From Spirochaetia bacterium (GTDB taxonomy: Bacteria; Spirochaetota; Spirochaetia; DSM-2461), in contig OY764216.1 in assembly GCA_963668315.1 (NCBI GenBank), positions 3,840,001-3,904,000 of the forward strand: a stretch of 64,000 nucleotides of DNA, written 5' to 3'. This document shows positions 11,087 through 20,131 of the stretch, piece after piece (position 1 is the first letter of the stretch; each line of letters begins with the position of its first letter). The position numbers and the translations under genes were made by a program. The notes below the pieces were generated by a model. It was given only the letters and a program-made list of their open reading frames with translations, did not search any database and was not told where the DNA came from.

Positions 11087-11443
11087 TCAGTCCTGTCCGT
11101 GAATGACTTCCGCTTCAAACCACAAATCTTCCAGCTGGTAAAACTCCCTGGAATCGGCAGTCATGAGATTGATAACCACATCACCGCAGTCCATCAGAAT
11201 CCATGAATCATTCTTCTGGGAATTACCCGTAGAATAAAGGTTGTAACCGTTTTCGGAAAGCCACTTTCTGATTTCCCGCCGGATACCGTTACCATGGGTC
11301 TGACTGGTAATGGTAGCTATGATCATGGAATCGGTCCAGCTGCACTGTCCTTCCACGGAGAGTACTTTCACATCAAGACCTTTCTGATCTTCAATAAGGG
11401 CCGTAAGCTTTTCAATCTTATTTTTTAACGTATCTTCCATCAA
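11087..11443 (-). CDS. rsfS: Ribosome silencing factor RsfS (Iojap)
   Basis: DQKGLDVKVL, WILMDCGDVVINLM...REFYQLEDLW. Follows nadD-yqeK-LCP. Confidence 0.93.
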   Translation of the reverse strand: MMEDTLKNKIEKLTALIEDQKGLDVKVLSVEGQCSWTDSMIIATITSQTHGNGIRREIRKWLSENGYNLYSTGNSQKNDSWILMDCGDVVINLMTADSREFYQLEDLWFEAEVIHGQD

Positions 11444-12602
11444 AATCCTTTCCTAATATTATTACTACGTCCACCGTATCATCGGCAATTTCTTCCTGAA
11501 GCTGATGAATCCGGTCGCATCTTATTAAACTGGCTACCCTTTTGGCCGCTCCGGGGTTTCCCCGGCGGTCGAGAACCAGAGTTGTATCATAATCATTGCG
11601 CTCCGCATTTTTATAAGCGCTGATCTTATAGCCGTAGCTCTTATAGAGCTGTGCCGTTCTGCTGGCCAGCCCGGCGATATCCGTTCCGTTCTGTATCTCC
11701 ACGGAAATAACGATATCCTCGTCACTATATACATCCATATTTGCCAGCGTGTCAACGATTTGCCTGGTCATTTCCCGCATAAGCTTTTCGTCATAATAGG
11801 GGAAAAGCAGATTCATACCGTCAACCACACGGTTTTTTCCCAGAACCTTCTGGAGGACCAGCCTGTCCGTATCGAGATTCTCAAAGATCTCCAGATAGGA
11901 CTGATAGGCCTGCCTGTCCAGATTGGAATCCAGATAGGAATAGAACCGGTCGGCATAACTTTCGTTTTCCAGCCCCTTGTACATATTGCCTAAACGGGAC
12001 AGAAAGGCTTTGGTGAAATCATGCTTCCTCGTTATGATATCGTTCTCCGTATCATCGGGCAGCCGATAGGAGAGGTAAGTTCTCGCCTTTTCTCCATCAA
12101 GCACCACGCTTCCCGAAGGAAGAAGGGATGTTTCCGTCTCGGAGACCTGCCATACCGGGTTGGGGATAAAAAGCCGTATTCCCTCCAGGGTGTCGACGGC
12201 CTTAACAAGATTATCCATCTCCCAGTGGAAATAGAAATCGATATCAACCCCGAGAAGGGCTCCGATTTTCTCAACATAGGGAACGGGATCATCCACATTG
12301 AAAAGACTGTCAAGCCTGTCCATTCTGTTGACGCTGCGGATAAGGGTTCCCATGTTTTCTGGAATATTATAGAGAGCCCCCCGTCCCGTCTGGTTATCGT
12401 AAAAAAAGATTTCCGTGGAAACCGGCTTTCCCCCATCGGACACAATGAGCGCCGTGACAATATTCTCCCGGCTTTTCATCGCTTCTGTGAATTCATCAAC
12501 TCGAATATTCAGGACAAGATAAACCACAATGGAAATAAAAACGACGAGAAGAAGAAGCAGAAACAGAAACGAGCTATCAAAATTATTTTCCTTTCTCACC
12601 AA
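11418..12602 (-). CDS. LCP (LytR-CpsA-Psr) family protein with LytR C-terminal domain
   Basis: N-terminal TM helix, YNIPEN, VDTLEGI, LDGEKARTYLSYR; C-terminal VEIQNGTDIAGLA...DVVIILGKDF. Confidence 0.85.
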   Translation of the reverse strand: MVRKENNFDSSFLFLLLLLVVFISIVVYLVLNIRVDEFTEAMKSRENIVTALIVSDGGKPVSTEIFFYDNQTGRGALYNIPENMGTLIRSVNRMDRLDSLFNVDDPVPYVEKIGALLGVDIDFYFHWEMDNLVKAVDTLEGIRLFIPNPVWQVSETETSLLPSGSVVLDGEKARTYLSYRLPDDTENDIITRKHDFTKAFLSRLGNMYKGLENESYADRFYSYLDSNLDRQAYQSYLEIFENLDTDRLVLQKVLGKNRVVDGMNLLFPYYDEKLMREMTRQIVDTLANMDVYSDEDIVISVEIQNGTDIAGLASRTAQLYKSYGYKISAYKNAERNDYDTTLVLDRRGNPGAAKRVASLIRCDRIHQLQEEIADDTVDVVIILGKDFDGRYVKK

Positions 12603-13171
12603 TCGACTCCCAAACCAAAGGATAGCATCAGAGCTTTCTCTCTTACACAGGGCTTATGTTTTTTCACTTTCCTGTGCTTCAATAGCGATTCTACCACGGC
12701 TTTTACGGCAAAATCAATATCGCCGGAAAGGGCCATGGTCCGGAAAGCGTCATCAATGAAGCTTCTTCCCGGCTCCAGATAATCGGCACAATAAACGATT
12801 TTGGCCAGAAGGGACATCCCGACTTTTCCGGTAATATGCCACGTAAGGGCATCGAGGATCTCATCGTCCCGAAAATCAAGCCGCTCCCTCAATAAACCCG
12901 CCGCCGCCCTGCCGTGAAGCAACAGGGGGAGCTTTCTCTCATCGTCCAGAATCTCTTCCGGCCGGTAAAGTTCGGCGAGGCGTAAAATCTCTTCCCTCTT
13001 CTTCTCCTTGGCCAGATCATGACAGAGCCCGGCCAGGAAGGCTTTTTTTCCGTCGCCGGCGAATTTCTCCGCCAGAAAACGGGCATATTCTGCCGTACGC
13101 CTGCTGTGTTCTGCTCTTTCACGGGTCAGTTCATAAAGAAAGACGCTGTCAACTATCCCTTCAATATCCAT
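12596..13171 (-). CDS. yqeK: HD-domain bis(5'-nucleosyl)-tetraphosphatase (symmetrical Ap4A hydrolase) YqeK
   Basis: RAEHS, LAGLCHDLAKE, LLHGRAAA, WHITG, IVYCADYLEPGR. Directly after nadD. Start set at ATG 13171. Confidence 0.9.
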   Translation of the reverse strand: MDIEGIVDSVFLYELTRERAEHSRRTAEYARFLAEKFAGDGKKAFLAGLCHDLAKEKKREEILRLAELYRPEEILDDERKLPLLLHGRAAAGLLRERLDFRDDEILDALTWHITGKVGMSLLAKIVYCADYLEPGRSFIDDAFRTMALSGDIDFAVKAVVESLLKHRKVKKHKPCVREKALMLSFGLGVDW

Positions 13172-13730
13172 ATAAATTGTGTTCCACCATATAGGATTCC
13201 ACGGCGGAAGGGACATGCTCAGAGACGGATTTCCCCTCCTTTCTCAACTGCCGTATTTCCGTTGAAGAAACGGTTACGATGGGATTCTGAAGAAAAGTAC
13301 AGGGATAGGGAAACTCCTGCGCCCCCCCTTCACGTCTGGCTACAATGAGATCGACATTAGCAACGATCTCATCCACCCTTCTCCATCGAACGAAGCCGTC
13401 TACCCAGTCGTCACCTACGATCAGACCGGGCTTTCCCTCAAACTCATGGGAACGGTAAATCTCATTTATGGTATCAACGGTGTAGGAAGGACCGGTCCTG
13501 TGAATCTCACAGGGGGATATCTCGGCCCAATCCTTGCCGCTAAAGGCCAGCTTCAGCATCTCCATCCGGTGATAAGGCTCGATATAATCCTCCCTTCTCT
13601 TTAATGGCGACATAAGCGCGGGGATGAGAAGAATTTTATCGTAGGACAGAATTTCCATAACGGCCGAGGCAAGTGCGACATGCCCGTTATGTACCGGATT
13701 GAAACTTCCGCCGAAAAGGGCCAGCTTCAT
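13161..13730 (-). CDS. nadD: Nicotinate-nucleotide adenylyltransferase
   Basis: FGGSFNPVHNGH, SYTVDT, IVGDD, VSSTEIR. Confidence 0.95.
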   Translation of the reverse strand: MKLALFGGSFNPVHNGHVALASAVMEILSYDKILLIPALMSPLKRREDYIEPYHRMEMLKLAFSGKDWAEISPCEIHRTGPSYTVDTINEIYRSHEFEGKPGLIVGDDWVDGFVRWRRVDEIVANVDLIVARREGGAQEFPYPCTFLQNPIVTVSSTEIRQLRKEGKSVSEHVPSAVESYMVEHNLYGY

Positions 13731-14719
13731 TATTTTGCCATGCTTAAGAAAAGCTTCTTCAAATCTTCCAGACCCTCACGGGTAAAGATAGAAACGACAA
13801 TCACCGGATAATCGGCAAAACGCTCCCTGAGAGCCTTTTCCGCATCACCCGATTCATCCATATCCTTCTTGGTTCCAATGATAAATCTTTTCTTCTCCAG
13901 CAGAGCGGGCTGATACTGCTCCAGCTCAACGAGAAGCTTATCATATGTATCAAGAAAATTTTCCTCTCCCAGATCAATCATAAAAGCCAATGCTTCCGTA
14001 CGGGCGATATGCTTAAGGAAATCAAAGCCCAGTCCTACACCGTGGGACGCTCCTTCGATAATACCGGGGATATCGGCCAGCACGACCTCTTTCTCCGATA
14101 ATCTGAGCATACCAAGATTAGGAATCTTCGTGGTAAAAGGATAGGGAGCGACTTTGGGATTGGCATTTGTCAACTCTTTCAGGAGGCTCGATTTTCCCAC
14201 ACTCGGAAAACCGACGAACCCGATGTCGGCGATGACATTCAATTCCAGAGTAACAGCAACAGTCTGTCCCGGTTCTCCGTCCTGAGCATAACGGGGCGCC
14301 TGCTGCCGTGAGGTTCTGAAATGCCAGTTCCCCAGACCGCCTTTTCCTCCCCGGAGGAAAATCCATGAATCACCGTCTATATTTTCAGAAAAGTCGTGAA
14401 GCAGATCACCGGTCTCCTCATCTCTGATGAGAGTGCCGGGAGGGACTTCCAGAACCAAATCATCACCCTTTTTCCCGTGCATCCGGCGACCTTTGCCGCC
14501 CTCGCCGTTCTGAGCATGATATTTTCTTCGATAGGATAAATGTGACAGGGTTTTCAGGTTGGTTTTAACCTGAAAAATAACGTTTCCTCCCGTTCCGCCG
14601 TCACCGCCGTCAGGTCCTCCTTTGGGAACATATTTTTCCCGCCGGAAGGACACAGAGCCGGCTCCACCGGAACCGGAGGAAACCTCGAAAGAGGTTTCGT
14701 CTACAAAACCTAGGGGCAT
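13730..14719 (-). CDS. obgE: GTPase ObgE/CgtA (no C-terminal OCT domain)
   Basis: Gly-rich Obg fold SFRREKYVPKGGPDGGDGG, G1 GFPSVGKS, YPFTT, DIPGIIEGA, TKKD. Confidence 0.97.
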   Translation of the reverse strand: MPLGFVDETSFEVSSGSGGAGSVSFRREKYVPKGGPDGGDGGTGGNVIFQVKTNLKTLSHLSYRRKYHAQNGEGGKGRRMHGKKGDDLVLEVPPGTLIRDEETGDLLHDFSENIDGDSWIFLRGGKGGLGNWHFRTSRQQAPRYAQDGEPGQTVAVTLELNVIADIGFVGFPSVGKSSLLKELTNANPKVAPYPFTTKIPNLGMLRLSEKEVVLADIPGIIEGASHGVGLGFDFLKHIARTEALAFMIDLGEENFLDTYDKLLVELEQYQPALLEKKRFIIGTKKDMDESGDAEKALRERFADYPVIVVSIFTREGLEDLKKLFLSMAK

Positions 14720-14723
14720 ACTT

Positions 14724-14975
14724 TTATTCAGCTACGATGGAAACGCGCTTTTTGCCCTTGTTAAAGTTAAAAAGAACACTGCCGTCTTTGAGAGCGAAAA
14801 GAGTATGATCCTTTCCGGTTCCCACATTATCTCCGGCATGAATTTTGGTTCCTTTCTGGCGTACGAGAATCTCGCCGGCCTTAACAAGCTGACCGCCGAA
14901 TCTCTTCACACCCAGTCGTTTAGACTCGGAATCTCTTCCGTTCTTGGAGCTTCCTCCACCTTTTTTATGAGCCAT
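14724..14975 (-). CDS. rpmA: 50S ribosomal protein L27
   Basis: [31 protein letters not shown] 8 nt upstream of ATG 14975. Confidence 0.97.
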   Translation of the reverse strand: MAHKKGGGSSKNGRDSESKRLGVKRFGGQLVKAGEILVRQKGTKIHAGDNVGTGKDHTLFALKDGSVLFNFNKGKKRVSIVAE

Positions 14976-14979
14976 GTTT

Positions 14980-15321
14980 TCATCTCCTTTTGAGTTCCAT
15001 GACAAACTCATTCGGATAATCCCGCATCAGGTCTCCCAGTCCGCAGAGTAGGAAATCACAAACGCCGGAATACCAGTCTCTTCCATCGGGATCAATACTT
15101 TCTATCACCACCCGAAAGTAACCAGCTTTATCCGCTTTAATTTCAGCCGTCAAAACCCCGGAGGATTCCACCTGACGACCATAGGTTCTGATTAATGCCG
15201 ACATAGCGGCACAGGCAACGCTTACGCGGCCTTTTTGAGCCGGGAAATGACCTTCCGATTCCAGATTGACAATGTGGCGGCAATCGGAATCTCCGGACAG
15301 CAACACCCGGCAGGTGAGCAC
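14980..15321 (-). CDS. prp: Ribosomal-processing cysteine protease Prp-like (DUF464)
   Basis: Sits between rplU and rpmA. EGH...VACAAMSAL (His/Cys dyad) and C-terminal [10 protein letters not shown]. Start probably GTG 15321 (GGAG SD). Confidence 0.8.
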   Translation of the reverse strand: MLTCRVLLSGDSDCRHIVNLESEGHFPAQKGRVSVACAAMSALIRTYGRQVESSGVLTAEIKADKAGYFRVVIESIDPDGRDWYSGVCDFLLCGLGDLMRDYPNEFVMELKRR

Positions 15322-15325
15322 CGGA

Positions 15326-15640
15326 TTAAGCTCCGATAATGTCCTCAACCTTGATTTTGGTCAACTGCTGGCGATGACCATTCTGTCTCAGGTAACCCTT
15401 ACGTCTTTTAAACTTGAGGATTTTAACCTTTTTGTCCTTGAAAGAGTCTTCAATAACAGCCTTAACTTTAGCGCCTTCCACATAGGGAGCACCTACTTTC
15501 GTGTTGTCGCCGTCGGACAGAAGGAGAACCTTATCGAGCTCGATAGCCTCTCCAACCTGATTCTCAAAACGGTCAACGGTCAGCACGGCGCCTTTTTCGG
15601 CTTTGTACTGTTTTCCCTTTATTTCTACAAGAGCGTACAT
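15326..15640 (-). CDS. rplU: 50S ribosomal protein L21
   Basis: MYALVEIKGKQYK, GAPYVEGAKV, KFKRRKGY..QNGHRQ. Confidence 0.97.
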   Translation of the reverse strand: MYALVEIKGKQYKAEKGAVLTVDRFENQVGEAIELDKVLLLSDGDNTKVGAPYVEGAKVKAVIEDSFKDKKVKILKFKRRKGYLRQNGHRQQLTKIKVEDIIGA

Positions 15641-15719
15641 TTTAACATCCTTAACTCTAATTTTTCAGCAGCATAAACAATACTATAAATCTATATACAA
15701 TGTCAATATACAGAAGGAG

Positions 15720-15803
15720 TGCCGGCGACCGGACTTGAACCGGTACGGGCCGAAGCCCACGAGATTTTAAGTCTCGGGTGTCTACCAATTCCACCACGCC
15801 GGC
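15720..15803 (-). tRNA. tRNA-Leu (anticodon TAA)
   Basis: Reverse complement GCCGGCGTGGTGGAATTGGTAGACACCCGAGACTTAAAATCTCG...GGTTCAAGTCCGGTCGCCGGCA, with long variable arm GGGC-TTCG-GCCC. Confidence 0.96.
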
Positions 15804-15880
15804 AGATACCGATCGGTATATTAGCAAAAAGCCAGCTGTTTCGTCAACACCGAATCTCCCAAATTCGTCCTGTCTTCCCC

Positions 15881-15915
15881 TTGGATAAACTCTTTTCCTG
15901 GCCTATTATAGGCCC
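15881..15915 (+). promoter_or_regulatory. sigma70-like promoter, leaderless geometry, for the ttcA-like gene
   Basis: TTGGAT-17 nt-TATTAT-6 nt-ATG, no SD. Confidence 0.65.
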
Positions 15916-16644
15916 ATGTCATCTAAAAACAAACTTTCAAGGAAAATTGACAAGGCCATACTGCAGTTTAAGCTGATTGAACCGAACGACCGTATTCTCC
16001 TGGCTATTTCCGGAGGCAAGGACTCTCTGACCATGGCCTATCATCTCATAGGAAAGCAGAAAGGCTTTCCCATTCCCTTCGAACTGGAGGCCGTTAATAT
16101 CAGGCCCGATTTCCCCAACGGGGCGGATAACCGCAGTTTTATAAGGCTGATGGAAGAGTGGGGACTCCCCTGCCGCGAGGTGGAAGTCCCGGTAAAGGCC
16201 CGTCTCAAGCCGGGCAGAAAAATGAATTGCTACTGGTGCAGCACCCAGCGGAGAATGGAACTGATAAGACAGGCAAATGAGCTGAACTGCAACAAAATAG
16301 CCCTGGGACACCACATGGACGATATTCTGGAAACATTTCTCATGAATATGGCCTACAAAGGCGAGATGTCCACCATGCTGCCGAAACTGAAATACGATAA
16401 TTATCCCTATACGGTCATCCGTCCTCTGGCTTATGTTCAGGAGTCTGAGATAATCGCTTTTTCAGAAATGATGGATTTCAAGAAGATTTCCTGCGCCTGC
16501 AGCTTTGATACGACAAGCAAACGCCATCCCGCGCGGGATGCCATCAACGCTCTTGCCATTGACAGTTCCGTCAGAGACACGATGTTCCGTGCCCTGAGCA
16601 ATCCCAATCCCCGTTATATGATCGATATGAAAGCCGAAAGCTGA
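15916..16644 (+). CDS. ttcA: tRNA 2-thiocytidine biosynthesis TtcA-family protein
   Basis: PP-loop ISGGKDS, CYWCSTQRR, IALGHHMDDILETFLMN, VIRPL, C-terminal CAC. Confidence 0.85.
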   Translation: MSSKNKLSRKIDKAILQFKLIEPNDRILLAISGGKDSLTMAYHLIGKQKGFPIPFELEAVNIRPDFPNGADNRSFIRLMEEWGLPCREVEVPVKARLKPGRKMNCYWCSTQRRMELIRQANELNCNKIALGHHMDDILETFLMNMAYKGEMSTMLPKLKYDNYPYTVIRPLAYVQESEIIAFSEMMDFKKISCACSFDTTSKRHPARDAINALAIDSSVRDTMFRALSNPNPRYMIDMKAES

Positions 16645-16654
16645 ACGGATAATC

Positions 16655-16695
16655 TCAGCCGATATCTATGGGCATAGAGATCGGCTGATTTTATT
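16655..16695. terminator. Bidirectional hairpin terminator between convergent ttcA and ABC-F
   Basis: TCAGCCGATATCTATG-GG-CATAGAGATCGGCTGA followed by TTTTATTT. Confidence 0.75.
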
Positions 16696-16718
16696 TACCC
16701 TTTCAGCTGGGGACAGTC

Positions 16719-18356
16719 TTAAATGGAGAGCCGGATGTGGCTCCCACCGTACATCTCGGTACGAAGTTTGTGAATCTCTTCGCTTTCCAGATAGTCATCA
16801 AAGGGGATGCGTTTATCGATCAGACCGCCGGGAGTAAACTCGATAATCCTGTTGGCCGCCGTCTGAATGAGCTGGTGGTCATGCGTATTAAAGAGGACGG
16901 GATAGGGAAAATCGCTCAGGCCGGCATTGAGGGAGGTAATGGACTCCAGATCCAGGTGAGCCGTGGGCTCATCGAGGATAAGCACATTAGCGCCGGAAAG
17001 CATCATCCGGGAAAGCATGCATCGCACCTTTTCCCCTCCGGACAGAACGTTCACCTTCTTGAGGGATTCGTCGCCGGAAAACAGCATCCGCCCCAGAAAG
17101 CCTCTGACATAGGACTCCTCTTCCTCTTCGGAATACTGCCTGAGCCAGTCGGTCATATTGATGTCCGTATCGAAGTATTTCGTATTGTCCTTGGGGAAAT
17201 AGCTGGTGGTAATCGTAACACCCCACTTGTATTCACCCGCATCGGGTTCCATCTCTCCCGAAAGAATATCGAAAAGAACGGTCTTGGCCAAGTTGTTTGG
17301 GCCGACGAAGGCAATTTTATCGCCGTTCTCCACATTAAGGTCCAGATTATCCAGAATCTTCTCGCCGTCGATGGTCTTAGTCAGGCCCTCCACTTCCAGA
17401 ACCATTTTACCCGGTTCCCGCTCAGGCTTGAAGGCCACATAGGGAAAGCGCCGTGAGGTCTGGGGAAGATCGTTAAGTTCCAGTTTCTCCAGCTCTTTCT
17501 TTCTACTGGTAGCCTGTTTTGAACGGGCCGCATTGGAAGAGAACCGGGAGATGAACTCCTTGAGTTCCGTCGCTTTGGCATCGGCCTTTTTCTGCTGCTC
17601 CTTGCGCAGTTTGGCGGCCAGCTGGCTGGCCTTCCACCAGAACTCATAGTTACCCGTGTACAGGCTGATCTTCTGAAAGTCGATATCGGCGATATGGGTG
17701 CAGACCTTGTTCAGAAAGTGACGGTCATGGGAAACAACAATAACCGTATTATTGAACCGGTAGAGAAAGTTCTCCAGCCAGGTGATAGATTCCAGGTCAA
17801 GGTGGTTGGTGGGCTCATCGAGAAGGAGAACGTCGGGATTTCCGAAAAGAGCCTGGGCCAGGAGGATTCTGACCTTGATGTTGTCTTCCAGGTCTCCCAT
17901 TTTTTTCTCATGGAACTCTTCTCCGACTCCCAGACCGTTCAGAAGGGAAGAAGCCTCGCTTTCCGATTCGTATCCGCCCATGTCGGCGAATTCCCCCTCA
18001 AGTTCGGCGACTTTCATTCCCTCTTCGTCGGTCATGTCTGCCTTACTGTAGAGATATTCCCTCTCCTTCATAATCTCATAAAGTTTCTTATGGCCCATGA
18101 TAACCGTTTCCAGCACCTGATGCTCATCATAGGCAAAATGGTCCTGTTCAAGGACAGTCATTCTCTCGCCGGGAGGAAGGATGATTTCTCCCGTATCCGC
18201 TTCCTGATTTCCGGACAGTATTTTGATAAAGGTCGATTTTCCGGCTCCGTTAGCCCCGATGAGGCCGTAACAGTTCCCGGGATTGAATTTGATATTGACA
18301 TTATTAAAAAGAACGCGCTTTCCAAAGGAAAGGCCGATATTGGATACAGTAAGCAA
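16719..18356 (-). CDS. ABC-F family ATPase (YbiT/YkpA-like translation factor)
   Basis: Two ABC domains (GANGAGKST; LLLDEPTNHLD; LSGGEKVR; ILDEPTAHLD), linker, no TM segments. TTG start with AGGAG. Confidence 0.93.
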   Translation of the reverse strand: MLTVSNIGLSFGKRVLFNNVNIKFNPGNCYGLIGANGAGKSTFIKILSGNQEADTGEIILPPGERMTVLEQDHFAYDEHQVLETVIMGHKKLYEIMKEREYLYSKADMTDEEGMKVAELEGEFADMGGYESESEASSLLNGLGVGEEFHEKKMGDLEDNIKVRILLAQALFGNPDVLLLDEPTNHLDLESITWLENFLYRFNNTVIVVSHDRHFLNKVCTHIADIDFQKISLYTGNYEFWWKASQLAAKLRKEQQKKADAKATELKEFISRFSSNAARSKQATSRKKELEKLELNDLPQTSRRFPYVAFKPEREPGKMVLEVEGLTKTIDGEKILDNLDLNVENGDKIAFVGPNNLAKTVLFDILSGEMEPDAGEYKWGVTITTSYFPKDNTKYFDTDINMTDWLRQYSEEEEESYVRGFLGRMLFSGDESLKKVNVLSGGEKVRCMLSRMMLSGANVLILDEPTAHLDLESITSLNAGLSDFPYPVLFNTHDHQLIQTAANRIIEFTPGGLIDKRIPFDDYLESEEIHKLRTEMYGGSHIRLSI

Positions 18357-18421
18357 TTGGATCTCCTAATTATTAGTTGGCTATACTATTAGAAGTATTA
18401 TTCGGTTAACAATGGGATCTG

Positions 18422-20029
18422 TCAAGACCTGCGGTCGCCAGGACCGGCAAAGAGGATCGTGCGGTTCCTTCCTGATTTTTTCGCCAGATACAGAGCTTCA
18501 TCGGCTTTTTTCAGAGAGTCGTCAAGATTATCTGCTCTCTCCGGCCGCGAGTGGTAGACCCCCACGCTGGCCGTAATTGTCACCGATATGCGTCCATAGA
18601 CAAAGGGCTCATCTCCGATGATCCTCCGGATTCTGTCCCCGATGGTATAGGCCGTCTCGCGATCCCCCACGGAACAGAAGATGCAGAATTCCTCTCCGCC
18701 GTATCGGCCGAAAATCTCCGACGGGCGAAGATTATCCTTTACCCTCCCGGCCAGACCGCTCAGAACTTTATCCCCGAAAATGTGGCCGTGGGTATCATTT
18801 ATCTGCTTGAAGTGATCGATATCGAAGATTATAACGGCGACCGATAGTCCCTGGGCCACCGATTCATCCCACTCACTTTTCACGAGCTCCATCCAGTGCC
18901 GCCTGTTAAAGATCCCCGTCAGGGAATCGAAGGAGGCGTGATGCTCAAGATTATTGACAAGATTCACGATATCCGTCATGTCATGGACGATGACGACAAA
19001 TCCCGCCTCCCTTTCATGCCGATCCTCACCGAGGGGACTGACGAACACTCGGTAGTATCTGTCATCCATTTTAAAAAGGGTCTTGTCTTCAAAGGAGGAG
19101 TCGATTCCTTTATAGATGATATTCTCCAGATACACGCCGAAGCGGCTATCATCGGGATAGGCCTTTCCAACCCGGAACCCGACGAGAGGAGCCAGTTCCC
19201 TGCCCTTTCTGTTGATATCCAGGATGATGCCGCCCTCATCAAGAACAACCAGACCGTCCCCTATGTTGTCGACGGCCTTTTCCCGGGCGGCTTTGAGGAT
19301 GTCGAACATCTGATAGCGGAAAAGGGCCACGGAGATAAAAAATCCCATGACACCCAAAATCAGCGGCTGCGTATCAAATCCCCACCCCATCCTCTCAGGG
19401 AATAACAGAATATTCAAAGTGGGCAGAGAGCTGCCCATAAATACAAAAAGGGCCTGTTTCCTTACCTTTCCTCCCGACCGGAAGATCTTAAGGATCAAGA
19501 AAAATTCCGCGGACAGGGCGAGAGAGATGAGATAGGCGAGCTGGAGGTAATAGAGAATTCCCCCGTCATAATGAAAACTGGGAACGGACTCGTTAAATTC
19601 CAGCCAGTAGCGTGTATAAAGAAAGCCGCTATCCAGGGGAAGCCAGCCTGAAGCCCCGACGAGAAAGGAGAAGCCGAGCAATAGGATATAGAGATAACGG
19701 GGCAGATTTCTATCCATGAAATAACGGAAGGAGAAAAGAAAAAAGGAGGGAACGGTAAATGAAGCCAGGAAATATCCTATCCTGACAAAGAAACTGATCC
19801 GTTCAAGGGTGAACCCGTTTACTTCCAGGACACTGAATAGAGAAAAAAGTGCCACCGTGAAGAGAAAAAGCGAGAGTTCAGAAGCACCGTTTATATATCT
19901 TCTATGTAAAGAATAACTGGAAAGGAACAGACAAAAGACGCTGAGAGAGATTAATATGATGGACCATAAAATAGAAAAATCCTCGAAAAGCACTTCCGCT
20001 CCTGTTTTTAAAATAAAGAAAAGCAGCAA
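18422..20029 (-). CDS. Diguanylate cyclase with N-terminal multi-TM sensor (HisKA_7TM-like) and PAS domain
   Basis: About seven TM helices, PAS-like DGLVVLDEGGIILDIN, DSLTGIFNRR, DIDHFKQINDTHGH..GD, RYGGEEF, ADEALYLAKKSGRN. Confidence 0.9.
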   Translation of the reverse strand: MLLFFILKTGAEVLFEDFSILWSIILISLSVFCLFLSSYSLHRRYINGASELSLFLFTVALFSLFSVLEVNGFTLERISFFVRIGYFLASFTVPSFFLFSFRYFMDRNLPRYLYILLLGFSFLVGASGWLPLDSGFLYTRYWLEFNESVPSFHYDGGILYYLQLAYLISLALSAEFFLILKIFRSGGKVRKQALFVFMGSSLPTLNILLFPERMGWGFDTQPLILGVMGFFISVALFRYQMFDILKAAREKAVDNIGDGLVVLDEGGIILDINRKGRELAPLVGFRVGKAYPDDSRFGVYLENIIYKGIDSSFEDKTLFKMDDRYYRVFVSPLGEDRHEREAGFVVIVHDMTDIVNLVNNLEHHASFDSLTGIFNRRHWMELVKSEWDESVAQGLSVAVIIFDIDHFKQINDTHGHIFGDKVLSGLAGRVKDNLRPSEIFGRYGGEEFCIFCSVGDRETAYTIGDRIRRIIGDEPFVYGRISVTITASVGVYHSRPERADNLDDSLKKADEALYLAKKSGRNRTILFAGPGDRRS

Positions 20030-20131
20030 ATTCCCTATTAACTATAGTTTAGTTCCCCGTCAATATCAATCGGTATTATTCAGTTCTGCAGCCCATGAAT
20101 TATCAGACCGGCGGCCGCTACTTCATCCTGA

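Noticed and set aside
4841..14719. Short TilS (339 aa) and Obg (329 aa) as possible truncations; absence of nadA, prs and hpt from their usual positions
   Set aside because: Catalytic motifs are complete and short forms occur naturally. The missing genes may lie outside this window.
14976..15011. 12-aa N-terminal extension of L27 in the ORF track
   Set aside because: It overlaps prp, lacks an SD and the LQF/F motif; the downstream ATG has a good AGGAG.
15719..15976. 85-aa plus-strand ORF
   Set aside because: It is the antisense reading of tRNA-Leu.
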